Shown piece by piece: positions 43,101-53,600 of a DNA stretch of 64,000 bases. Made by a program: the position numbers and the translations under genes. Where the stretch lies: assembly GCA_038087875.1 (NCBI GenBank), contig CM075987.1, forward strand, positions 20,896,001 to 20,960,000. The letters run 5' to 3'. The first letter of the stretch is position 1. The number at the start of each line of letters is the position of its first letter. A model generated the notes under the pieces. That model saw only the letters and a program-made list of their open reading frames with translations. It made no database searches and was not told the origin of the DNA. This DNA comes from Malacoraja senta. Its lineage: Eukaryota.

Positions 43101-45416
43101 GCTAGTCATATCTTTCCATCTCCACCCCTCTCCACCTTCTGCAGAGACTGCTCCCTCCACAACTCCTTGGCCCACTGATCCCAACCCAAGTCATCCCCTC
43201 GCCAGGTACTTTTCCCCTGCAACCGCAGGAGATGCAACACCTGTCCCTATACCTCCTCTCTTGCCTCCATCCAGGGCCCTAGCAGTCCTTCTAGGTGGGA
43301 CAGAGGACATGCACCTCCTCTAACCTTATCTTCTGCATGCACTGTTCCCAATATGGGCTCCTGCACATTGGCGACACCAAATGTAGACTCGGCGACTGTT
43401 TCGCTGAACATTTGTGCTTGGTCCGCCAAGGCAGACTGCATCTCCTGGTTGCAATCCATTTTAACTCCCCTCCCCAATCCCACGCGGACCTTTCTGTCCT
43501 GGGCCATCTCCATTGCCAGAGTAAGGCCACACACAAACTGGAGCCGCACATAACAGCACTTCATATTCCACTTGGGTAGCTTACAACCCAATGGTCGTTG
43601 AATTCACCCACCAATTTTAGGTGACCTCTAACTAAGCCCCTTGCCCCTTTCTTCCCAACCCCCCCTCCCTTCCATGTGTGCTTTCTTTCCTCCACCAGAC
43701 CACCCCCCCCCCCACTACTACTTATTTTTCCCAGGCTTCATAATCCACAACTTTTCACTCCCGCATTTCTTATCTCTGGCCTTCATTCCAACCATCTGTC
43801 AAATGAAAACCCTCGTCCGTGTAAACCTATAACCTGGCTCTCCCCCTTTATCAGCTCGCCCCCCCCCCCTACAATCAGTCTGAAGAAGGGTCTCAACCCA
43901 AAACATCACCAGTCCATGTTCTCCGGAGATGCTGCCTGACCTCCTGAGTTACTGCAGCACTTTGCATCCTTCCGTCCATGACCAGACCTGTGCTGTAGTG
44001 TTCCCAGCAATGCACATCGACAATGGTTGGTGCAGCTGGTCGCTTATCATTCAATGAACGACCTCTTTAGGGGTCTGCATGAAACTTGATCTTCCAGTTG
44101 TCTGTGAACAAATGTTGCCCACTCATACATTCCAGGGCCCGGCTGACGGAGCAGCTGAAGCTTGCTGCACACCACAAAGGCTGTAATGGGAAAGGCCACT
44201 GGTACACATCCCTCCCCACCTTGTACACCAAGTGCCTGCAAAGCCTCTCTGACAATTTAACCATGGGGCATACGTAAAGGACAAAGATTATCAAGCTGAT
44301 CAAGTGTAAGCATTCTTAGTGCGTGAAGTGATCTGACTTGGACCGTGAGTGGCAACATGCAAAGAATATTTGAAAATGTTAGGAACACTGTAAATAGATC
44401 GATGGTAAACATGTATTGTCTTTCTGCTGACTGGATAGCACGCAACAAAACGCTTTTCACTGTACACGTGACAATCAACGAAACTGGGGTGGAAGATTGC
44501 AACCTTCACGTGGTCCGCCCTGTTTCGACTAATGCAATCAACTCGACGTGCACAAACGGGAGATCAAACACTGGGAACAAGTTGTCCAACAACTTTAGGC
44601 TGTGCACGCCAAACGAAAGAGGAAGAAGAACTAAACTGAGTGTATGCTGCAGAAGGAGAAAGTGATGTGAAAGTAGGGTGTGTTTATTGAACGGGAACTT
44701 GACTAAAAATAATGAAATGGAAGAGAATGTGGGTAAAGTTCACAACATCTCCGGGAGGAGTCACAGCACTTAGGACATGCCCGGGATCTGACAGGGACTG
44801 AGCGGGAAATCGGCTTGAAGGCTTTAGTCCAGACACGCGGGAGAGCGCAGGGGAAAGGAGAAGAGGCGGAGAATTGGAAATAGGACCGAATGTTTAAAAA
44901 AAACAGTATACAATGTAAAATAGAGACGAAGGGAGGGTGGCTAACGAGCATAAAGTAAAGCGGAATTAAGCGTGGAACAGAAAGGAAGCGAGTAAACAAA
45001 CACTGGGAACATTGTTTAATAAAGTGCGGGAAGGAACTGCAGCAGCTGCTTCACACCGAAGATAGACACAAAATGCTGGAGACTGACTGAGGTCTGTGGG
45101 GTCTCGACCCGGAACGTCACCCATTCCTTCTCCCCGAAGATGCCGACTGGCCCGCTGAGTTCCTCCAAACATCTTGTGTCTATCTTCTGTTGTTTAAGAA
45201 AGGGCGGGCGGGGGGCAGGGGGCAGGGGTCGGCTGCTCACCTTGTTCACACCAGCCAAGCGCTCCTCCTGCTGCGCTCTCAGGACACCGAACATTTTGCC
45301 ACCTTAAAAGTGTGAACGGAAGAAACAGAATTCAGGCCACAGTCGGAGAGGAACCGCTCCCTCCCCCCCGGCCGGAGTGGAAGTTTCTTACCCTGCGCCT
45401 GTTGTCCCGAAGGCAT
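15078..45416 (-). CDS. AIF1L: Allograft inflammatory factor 1-like (EF-hand actin-binding protein), complete: 6 exons, 447 nt, 148 aa
   Basis: [90 protein letters not shown]...[19 protein letters not shown]...RDISSLP*; phases consistent; lies between LAMC3 and NUP214. Confidence 0.96.
15360..15695 (-). mobile_element. Penelope-like terminal-repeat fragment
   Basis: Homologous to 16862-17200. Confidence 0.65.
16862..17428 (-). mobile_element. Penelope-like element 3' fragment
   Basis: Homologous to 43380-43965. Confidence 0.7.
18305..18612 (+). mobile_element. tRNA-derived SINE (HE1/V-SINE-like)
   Basis: B box GGTTCGATCC, V-domain ggtttcctcccacactccaaagac, CR1-like tail. Confidence 0.8.
18940..19249 (+). 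mobile_element. Helitron-like 3' end with (GT)n-containing minisatellite
   Basis: Hairpin GGGACC-AACG-GGTCCC then CTAG|T at 19246-19250; 4 units of (GT)n-GACRCCGCAGGCCGCCCCCTCCCC. Confidence 0.65.
19938..20390 (+). mobile_element. HE1-like SINE interrupted by a Penelope-derived repeat (~20105-20283)
   Basis: A box TGGCGCAGCAG; SINE tail after the insert. Confidence 0.75.
21428..21538. mobile_element. Short inverted Penelope-derived repeat ending just after a hammerhead core
   Basis: TSD ATGGAAGGCACT(C/T)GAG at 21412-21427 and 21539-21554. Confidence 0.7.
21974..22136 (-). CDS. AIF1L: AIF1L coding exon 5
   Basis: ccaccag|ACTTGATG...AGATT|gtaagt; 163 nt. Confidence 0.95.
23165..23206 (-). 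CDS. AIF1L: AIF1L coding exon 4
   Basis: ttgcag|AGAAGTATATGGAATTTGAT...ATTG|gtgagt; 42 nt; EF-hand loop DLNDQGDID. Confidence 0.94.
23740..25110 (-). mobile_element. Old RTE-clade LINE fragment, interrupted by a CR1 3' end (24330-24780)
   Basis: [14 protein letters not shown]...KQLESFH and [22 protein letters not shown] resemble RTE C-terminal motifs. Confidence 0.55.
24330..24780 (+). mobile_element. CR1 3' end
   Basis: [22 protein letters not shown]; (TCTATGTT)-like tail. Confidence 0.85.
26961..27171. mobile_element. Palindromic Penelope-derived repeat inserted in CR1
   Basis: TSD AGCATG(C/G)ATAGAA at 26948-26960 and 27172-27184. Confidence 0.75.
27767..28161 (+). mobile_element. 5'-truncated RTE LINE with C-terminal C2H2 zinc finger
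   Basis: [24 protein letters not shown]...[21 protein letters not shown]; (ACG)n tail; TSD AGAATG at 27761-27766 and 28162-28167. Confidence 0.85.
28492..28558 (-). CDS. AIF1L: AIF1L coding exon 3
   Basis: tattccag|GAATTTCTG...TTCAAAA|gtaagt; 67 nt. Confidence 0.94.
28912..29490 (+). mobile_element. HE1-like SINE interrupted by a minus-strand CR1 3' end (~29093-29385)
   Basis: A/B boxes, V-domain, (CTAAA)n tail. Confidence 0.75.
31420..31872 (-). mobile_element. CR1 3' end
   Basis: Homologous to 5570-6200. Confidence 0.8.
32130..32430 (-). mobile_element. Older HE1/V-SINE-like copy
   Basis: Reverse-complement V-domain gggaggaaaccggagcacccagagg. Confidence 0.6.
33622..33757 (-). mobile_element. 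~140-nt short retroposon headed by an HDV-like ribozyme (copy B)
   Basis: 12-bp TSD GCAGTACATCCT at 33610-33621 and 33758-33769; same 5' end as copy A. Confidence 0.82.
33704..33757 (-). ncRNA. Minimal HDV-like ribozyme motif (copy B, sense to AIF1L)
   Basis: GGGGTGG-GA-GATTGCA-ACC-TTCAGGT-GGT-CTGCCCT-GTTGCGA-CGAA-TGCAATC. Confidence 0.65.
33805..34268 (+). mobile_element. Penelope-like 3' fragment
   Basis: [19 protein letters not shown] followed by the terminal repeat. Confidence 0.7.
39860..40170 (+). mobile_element. CR1 3' end
   Basis: [14 protein letters not shown]...FLMQRV. Confidence 0.7.
43000..43965 (+). mobile_element. Penelope-like element 3' half with GIY-YIG endonuclease remnant
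   Basis: [35 protein letters not shown]...HFN; ends in the CTGAAGAAGGGTCTC repeat. Confidence 0.8.
44486..44539 (+). ncRNA. Minimal HDV-like self-cleaving ribozyme motif
   Basis: P1 GGGGTGG/CCGCCCT (G1.U), P2 GATTGCA/TGCAATC, P3 ACC/GGT, L3 TTCACGT, J4/2 CTAA. Confidence 0.75.
44486..44628 (+). mobile_element. ~140-nt short retroposon headed by an HDV-like ribozyme, (GAA)n tail (copy A)
   Basis: TSD AAC(G/T)AAACT at 44477-44485 and 44629-44637; homologous to 33622-33757. Confidence 0.8.
45241..45302 (-). CDS. AIF1L: AIF1L coding exon 2
   Basis: cttttaag|GTGGCAAA...AACAAG|gtgagc; 62 nt. Confidence 0.93.
45392..45416 (-). CDS. AIF1L: AIF1L coding exon 1
   Basis: ATG CCT TCG GGA CAA CAG GCG CAG G|gtaaga; 25 nt. 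Confidence 0.85.
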
Positions 45417-45754
45417 CCTGTGAAGCGAGCGGGGTCTGAGCCCCCGGCTGGAGCTGCCCAAGTCAATGGCTCGCTGTGAGGAGCTGCGCCTCGCACCAGA
45501 GGGAAGGTCCCGGGACCATACGCCCGCTGCGGGGAGGCAGAGAAACTACAACTGGTACCAGGGACACACCCTTACGTGTCTGGGCAGTTCTGGCTACACG
45601 CTGTAGGAAGGGTGGAATTAGGCAAGAGGGAGCGCAGACAATATTCACATAGATCTTGCGTGTACTGCAGGACTAGAGGACTAGAGGAAGAGACTGGGTC
45701 GTCTGGGGACTGTTTTCTCTGGACAAAAAGAAGCTGTGGGATGACCATGTAATG

Positions 45755-45948
45755 CAGGGGATCCCAACCTTTTTCGTCCCGTTTACCCGTGGCAACTTTA
45801 ATAGCACATATAACAATGCTATTTCACTTATTTATGAACAACTAATGAACCAAACGCAGTCAGTCAATGAGAAAAAATATGTACAAATCCAGAATCAACA
45901 AATTTACCCCCTGGGTAGGCGAAATTTATCCCAGGTTGGGAACCCTTG
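45755..45948. mobile_element. hAT (Charlie-like) MITE within a CR1 remnant
   Basis: TIRs CAGGGGATCCCAACCT / AGGTTGGGAACCCTTG; 8-bp TSD ATGTAATG at 45747-45754 and 45949-45956. Confidence 0.85.
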
Positions 45949-48900
45949 ATGTAATGGTTTATAAAACTATGAGACTAGCGGGTATATGTTTAAGGTGAGA
46001 GGGGGGAATGTAAAGGGGTTCTGAAGGAGCGTTTTTTGCACACAGACGGTGGTGGGAATATGCAACATGCTGCCAAAGAAACAGGTGGAGCCAGGTACAA
46101 TTGCAGCATTTAAAAAAAAAAACATTTGAATAGGTACATGGTTGGGAAACGCTGAGAAAAATATATGCCAAATGCAGGCAAATTGGATTGGCTTTGACAG
46201 ACCTTCACTGACATTGACGGGTCAGGCGGAAGGACGTGTTTCTATGCTAATTCTATGAACATATGGCCGTGGTACCCAGTTCCCTTGCTCGTACCCTCCC
46301 TCAAACCCCAGACCCTGCACTAACCATAGGCCCAGTGCCAAAGAAACCCGCAGAACATATCGAACCTCACATCCCAGTATGAGATCTGACCATTCCAATT
46401 TCAGCACCAACTCAAAATCCCACTGGAAACCCACACCCTTCCAATCCCCAACCACAAGACCCATCAACAATCCCACTCCAAACTTCAGATACCTAACCCA
46501 TCACCAGCACAAACTCCAGTATTGCCTTTTATCTGTGGGTTGGCAACACAGGACAATGAACACACCGTGCAACAATCTGCAGCAAAACTCAACTAGGTAA
46601 ATCATACACAGAATTATAAAACAGAACATGTTACTTTTCTTTTGAGAGAGACACAAAGGTGAATTGTCACGAGCTATTCCATTACTGGTTGTAACTGGTT
46701 ACTTCTTCAGTTTGTTGGTGATGGCCTTGTCGTTTCTGAGATTGGTTTTAATCAAACAGGGGTTATCTCTGATATTGACAGTGAATGAAAACAAAAATAA
46801 ACTCCACATGCTAGGCATAAAAACAGATCATCTTGAAATGACACAGTGTCAGGCAGCATCTATGGAAAGTGAGACAAATTTAAATTTGCAGACCTGAAAT
46901 GTTGACTATTCCTCTTTCCACAAATGCTGCCTAGCCAAAGTTTTGTCCAGCAATTCCTGTTTTTCTTTGATACGTTATTGGCACATTGGTTTGAGTTAGT
47001 GCTCACATAAAGATCTGGAGTTTGACGCAAAGCTTGGGTTCGGGTTGGTGCTGAGGTTGGGAGGTACTTATGGTTTGAGCTCAAGTTTGTTTCTGAAGTA
47101 ATTGCAAGTTGTTATTTGTGTTGGGCTAGAGTCAGTGTTGGGTTTTAATGCAAGAATTTGAGTAGGGTTTGGGAATGAGGGACAAATTTAAGCGTGATAC
47201 TTTAAAACATGAAGGACATAAGATGCATGCAAAATGTTTAAATAATGTTATAAAGAGAATCCAGATGAAGGCTCAAATCCTAAACTTAATGCTGGGCACA
47301 AACGCAGTCCCATCAACCTCACTGAATTGGCAGCAGCATTACAAAGCATTGTTTGTCATGTCTGTAGCTAGTAACGTGAGAGGTCGACAATAAACACACT
47401 GACACCCGAAAGACCAAAAATCAATGATGCAATTAGCAAAATGGTTTGATAAAATAAAGTGCAACCTGTATAAACATTAAAAACATACAAAAGCCACACC
47501 GTGAACTGTGGTACAAAACCATCAACCAAATAAATATTTAATAATAGTGATTAAAAGCAGACCTGTGTGCAGAATCAATTATTATAAATTTAATTTTAGA
47601 TGCATCATATTAAACAGAATGACAGCAGAATAAATTTTGAGCGCAAGAATGAATAGAATGTGAAGTGGTCCAAACTCTCCGTGATACTCTTAGTCTATTT
47701 TGCTTTCTTTTGAATTAAGATTCGAAGCAGGTTTATGCTGCGAAAGAATAGAATCACAATTCTATTCCTTCAACACTGGATCATACTGACTCAGTCAGCC
47801 CATTTTGCCTTTGCAAGCACTTTGAGAGAACTATCCATAAGTCTCCCACTTTCCCCCTGCAAATTCCCTGACAATTAAAAAATTATCTTTATTTATTCTA
47901 TTGAAAACATTAAGCATATAATTATACCGTATTGATCTGAGCGCGGCCTACAAGGGCCAATCAATTTATTTCAAATCGCGACATTTGGGATTAGCTGTAA
48001 AGATCTCGCCTCTAGATATAGTGGGCTCTCTTTTATTGAGCTTTGCTGTGATTGCATCTTCAAAAGACACTATAGTGTCTACAGTTGTGATACTGTAGAC
48101 CAGCCTGACTAAATACATCTTTTTCCAAAGCACAACAAAGAGACAGTTGGATTTTTATAATGACTTTTGGGGAAACAACTTAACCACCTGCTGTTTCAGG
48201 TAATATAAAAGAGACAATCATTGAGCATGTCGTGGCCAATACTTCTACTCATTATCACATTGCTTCTTGTGTACGTTTACTGTGTGCAAATTGGTTGCTG
48301 CGTTTCCCACAAGTGAAACATAGTAACTTGCACATAAAACACTGTAAGATGTCTTGAAGGTACAAAGTCAATACAAATGTATTTGCTGCCTTCTGTATGT
48401 TTGGAAATGAGAGCAGTACGAATGGGATTGAAAATGTGAATTGGGGAGAGGTTGTGTGGGAACTGGGATGGGTAGTTGTCCAAGGTTGTGCGCTGCTGGT
48501 GCAAATTATAAAATGGACCTTTTATAGTTTCATGTCATTACAAGTCTGAAAGTCAAAACAACTTTACATTGTCTGATAAGCAATCCTGTTAGTTTTGAGT
48601 GAATGCAGTCCATGGTTATTTGAATACTTTACAAACGTTACAGTGATCACTAAATGTTATTCCCTTATAATGTATCTGTACACAATAAATGGCTCGGTTG
48701 AAATCATGTATTGTCTTTCTGCTGACTGGATAGCACGCAACTAAAGCTTTTCATTGTACACATGAAAACTCAGTAAACTTGGTACACATGACAATAAACT
48801 AAACTGAACTGAATGGAACTGAGCAGACCGAATTCCCTCCGGGGATTAATAAAGTTCTATTGTTTCATATCATTTAGAAATAATCTGAAATTCCTAACTT

Positions 48901-50382
48901 GTGGATTCTAGGACGGGAAAATTCTTTTAGTATTGTAATTAGACTGGTGATTTATTGGAAATTACATTTTAACTCCTTAACATGAAACACTTTAATTGAA
49001 CTTTTGGCATCCATGCCACTATCTCCTTATTGGTGCAGTGTCAGTTTTTTGTGTCATTACTCTCTTGTCAAGTGTCTCAGAATGTTTTACTTTGATAAGA
49101 CTGTTATTTATGCAAGTCACTACTGTATGGACCAAAATATCTCCACTGCTGTTGGGAAAGAAGACAGCAGTGGACCTGAGTGACTGTAGAACATTTACGA
49201 CTATCTCATGTTTGAGAGAGAAACGTTATAAATGGTAGTTTGTTGGATTCATAGGTTTATAATACACAAATACCGTGTTATGGAATGTATTACTTTGCTA
49301 TTAAGATTAATCTCCAATTCATGGAAAACAACTTAAATCTGTTCTCAGTCGCTGATTATTTTACATTGTATTTTGTACAATAGAGGGTCTGGAAAAGGCC
49401 TGGCCCTTTAACTCAGAAATAGCTAATAAAATGAATAGTATTCCTTTCAAAGGCAGCCAAAGTATGAATGCTATATGGACAAAAAAGGCCCAAGTTCAAT
49501 AGAAACATAAGAAAATAGATGCAGGAGTAGGCCATTCGGCCCTTTGAGCCAGCACCGCTATTCAATATGATCATGGCTGATCATCTAAAATCAGTACCCC
49601 ATTCCTGCTTTTCCTCCCATATCCTTTGATTCCTTTAGTCCTAAGAGCTAATAGGTTCCTCACTCACTTCACAGATTTCAAATAGGGTAAAGTAATACTG
49701 AGCTAGAACTTCACCAGCTAGGAGAATCTTCAAACTCTTATCATACATATGGATTATTTTTAAAGAACATCGTAACTGTACATATTTGTTAATGCTTGTA
49801 TCTGTTTGGACCCTATCAGCATTGGTGATTTAGTGGTTGTTTAGTGAAAATTATATTTGAAACAAATTTGAATGTAAAGAGATTTACTGATCTCAAAACT
49901 CAGCCAGGCCTTTAATGAGTAAATGAACAAAGGGCTGGCTGAGGATTACTTAGCGAGCAAATACAGTTTGGACTCAATTTGAAAATAAGGCAACAGTTCC
50001 TGCATCCCACGCGCTGGCATACCAGGGACCAGTTACAAAGTGAGACGTTGCAGTTGTCATGCAACCTTGCCATGGTGGGTGGGGGGGGGGGGGTTAGAAG
50101 GAGAGTGTTAGGTTTGGTGGTATCGACTCGTTCAGCAAACAGTATGAAGGATTTTCAAGGCCACCAACCAGTTGCATGAGATACGAGAGGGTCATGGCTC
50201 TCCACCATGTCAAAGCTACTGACAATAACATAAAGAGCAGCTGAAGGAAAAATCTGAGGAATGCAGATGGAGTAAATGCCCAATTTACAATAATCCATTA
50301 AATGGAAGTTAACTGCTGGCATGGCAAATACCTCAGGGATATATCAAAAACTATCCACAGCCATCACCATCTTCCCCAAGTT

Positions 50383-50642
50383 TCATTGTCTTCTGGGCCC
50401 CACTTTGTCATAACAATCCTGGGGCAAGTTCTGAACAATGTCCTCCAGGTTCTGCTTGTCTGCCTCGATCTCCGCAATGTCCTGTTCAAATACTTTCATC
50501 CTCAGGGTCTGCATCCCGGAGGCTGCTTCCAACTTCTGCACTTTCCGCGTTAGTTTCTGATTGATTGCCAACCTTAGTGCTCCTATCTGATTCTCTGTCT
50601 TATTCAAGGATTCCTCTGTTATTCGGCCAATCTGTAGGCTCT
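50383..50642 (-). CDS. LAMC3: LAMC3 last coding exon, ending [14 protein letters not shown]
   Basis: tcttaacag|AGAGC...TGA; laminin gamma C-terminal motif. Confidence 0.93.
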
Positions 50643-53600
50643 CTGTTAAGAAAACATGCAAAAAATATTAGTCTGGGTATAGCATCGCCAGTCTGCAACT
50701 CTCACAGCTCAATGATCAGGAGTTCTGCGTTGTGTACCCCTTGGCACTGTAACACATTTTCTCCAATCCCATAAGAATGTAACCCAGGAGACCCTGAAGC
50801 CAATGAGATCAACAACCCTTCAACCAGGGCGTAATAATACTACTTTTAGCAGCAGAATGCGATCCTTGAACATACCTATTTTTCTCAGCAATTCCATCAA
50901 CTGCTTCACGTTGCGATCAAGGGAGTGCTTCGCTTGCTTTGTGCTCTTTCTCAGCACCTCCATCTCACTAAGAACCTGTTGACAAGGGGAGAGAGAGGGA
51001 GACCAGAGAGTGAGCTTGGTATCCACTTTTGTATTATTGGTTTGCTTACCTTCATATTTCATCTTTTCTACCCTTATTGACTTTTTAGTAGCCTTCTGTT
51101 GGTTTTTAAAACCTTCCCAATCCTCTAGCTTCCCTCTATGTTTGCAATATGAATACACCTTTGCTTTTACTTTTATGCTGTCTTTGACTTCCTTTGTCAG
51201 CCATCTTTCTCCCCTTAGAATCTTTCTTCCTCTTTGGGAAGAAAAGATCCTGCATTGTCCGAATTACTCCCAGAAACTCCTGCCATTGCTGCTCTACTGT
51301 CATTCCAGTTAGGGTTCCTTTCCAATCAGCTTTAGCCAGCTCCTCCCTCATGCCTCTGTAGTTATCTTTACTCAAAAGTATCCAACACATCTAATTTCAA
51401 TTTATCCCTATCAAACTGCAGGGTAAACTTTGTAACATTATGGTCCTTTACCTTATGCTCCCTAAAGGGCCTGTCCCACTTGGCGATTTCTTCGGCGACT
51501 GCCGGCGTCATATCAAGGTCGCCAAAAGATTTTGAACCAAAAAAATGTTGCGACACTTGAAAAAGCACCGCGCGTCAATACGTCATCACGCCACCGCACG
51601 CCGCATCACGCTGCGACTTTTTCGGTGACCCGATACGTCAGTCAATGATGCCGGCAGTCGCCAAGTTGGACAGGCCCTTAAGCAAATTTGGTTTGCAACA
51701 CAACACCAAATCCAGAATTACTTTATCCCAAACAGGCTCGAACACAAGCTGCTCTCAGAAGCCATCTCGTAGGCACTCTACACATTCCTTCTCTTAGGTT
51801 CCAGCACAAGCCAGATTTTCCCAGTCTACTTGCATATCGAAATCCCCCATGACCACTGCCTTTCTTACGTGCCGAGTATATCTCCTGATATAATTTGCAC
51901 CCCACATCCTAGCTACTGTTCAGAAGCCTGTAACTCCCATCAGGATCTTATTACCCTTGCCGTTTTTCTTAGCTCTACCCACAGGATTCTACATCTTTTG
52001 ATCTCATGTTATCCCTTGCTAAGGATTGAATTTCATTGATTACCAGCAGAGCCATCCCACCTGCTCTGCCCATATGCCCCTCTTTTCGATAGGACATGTA
52101 TCTCTGGATGTTCAGCTCCCAGCTCTGATCAGCTCTGGTTGATTTTGAGTTGAAAGCATCAAGGCACCAACAGGTAGCAATAGTTTAAAATGGTAAGGGC
52201 CGAGGGAAAATCTCCCTCTTCACACAGTTCTTAGAGTTCTGGAGCTACCTTGGCTGCCGTTTTGGTGTTCTCCTGGATGACGGCCTTCCAGGCTGCTACC
52301 TGGCCCTCCTGGGCATCAAGTTGTTCCCGTGTGACTTCCAGCTGCGTGCGCAGTGAGCCAGTCTGCAAGGCCTCACCCCGTGCCTGCCTCCTCACCTTCT
52401 GGGCTTCCTGGAAAACGCAAGGAAACCAGAGGTTGCCATTTGGAAAAGAATACAGCTGCAAGATTCTGCAGGCTTGGAATTTTATGTCATTATTATCTGG
52501 TTCATTATTCAGGGATATGGTTGAAATGTTCCGTGCGTGTGAAATTATATTGTCGGCCTGTGACCTTTGCAATGACTCTGCTGACACGTGAGGTTTGCAC
52601 AGCTGTGGCATTGCTGACTGCAGAACTTGACTGGGCCGTTCCCAACATCCGCCGGGCCTGTGCGGCCTTCCTCTTCGCTTCTGCGATTATCCTCTCGCTC
52701 AGCCCCATCTTCCTGAAGGCCCTCTTTGTTTTCTGCCTCCTCATAGAAAACATTTGCTTGTTATCTGGAACAAAAATATAAAATGACCAAGATGAATTAA
52801 ATCAGGAGGACAAGTTGCATTGACAAGACGTGACTATTTACAGAACAAAGACCTTAAGCGCAATTAAAAGACTTGTGAGAAAAGATATTCTTCCATTGTC
52901 TGAGCAGAACAAGGTGCGGTAATATTAGCAGTAGAGTTTGGCTGCCAGCGTCACGTCTCACACTTTTTCCACACAGAGCTTGATAAATCTATATGTCTTT
53001 TCCCTGAAACGTGCTGAAGCCAGGGACGGGAGTAGGTTGGACGATAAGGGTTGGTAGGAGGAAGCAATGCTGCACAGGGGGCTGGGGATGGTGTGACACT
53101 GGGGAAGGCTTCTAAAGTACCTGAAGCTGCCATCCACTCCAACTATAAGCCTGACACTCCCTTCCCCAAGGTTGCCAACATAATCCCAGCTACTGCTCAA
53201 TTATTTCACCCCAGTCCGTGTGGTAGCCACTGTACAAGCCTGGGCATCTCTCCGTGTACACCAAGCCCCACAAACAATAGCAGGAGCACAGGATTCCAGG
53301 ATCTTTAGTCAGAGGGTAGTTAATCTGTGGAACTCATTGCCATGGAGGGCTGTGGAGGCCAAGTCAGTGGATATTTTTGGCATAGATAGACAAATTCTCG
53401 ATTAGAACGGGGGTCAAGGGTTATGGGGAGAAGGCAGGAAAACGGGATTAGGAGTAAGAGATCAGACATGATTGAATGGCAGAGTAGACTCGATGGGCCA
53501 AATGGCCTACTTCTACTTCTATGACTTGTGAACGATCTATCCCCAATCTGTTCCAGGTATCACTGTCCTGCACACGCTCATCATTGGTCACCCGACACAC

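Larger units (their letters stand above)
45200..45560 (-). promoter_or_regulatory. GC/CpG-rich 5' region of AIF1L
   Basis: GC-rich sequence with retained CpGs around exons 1-2. Confidence 0.55.
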
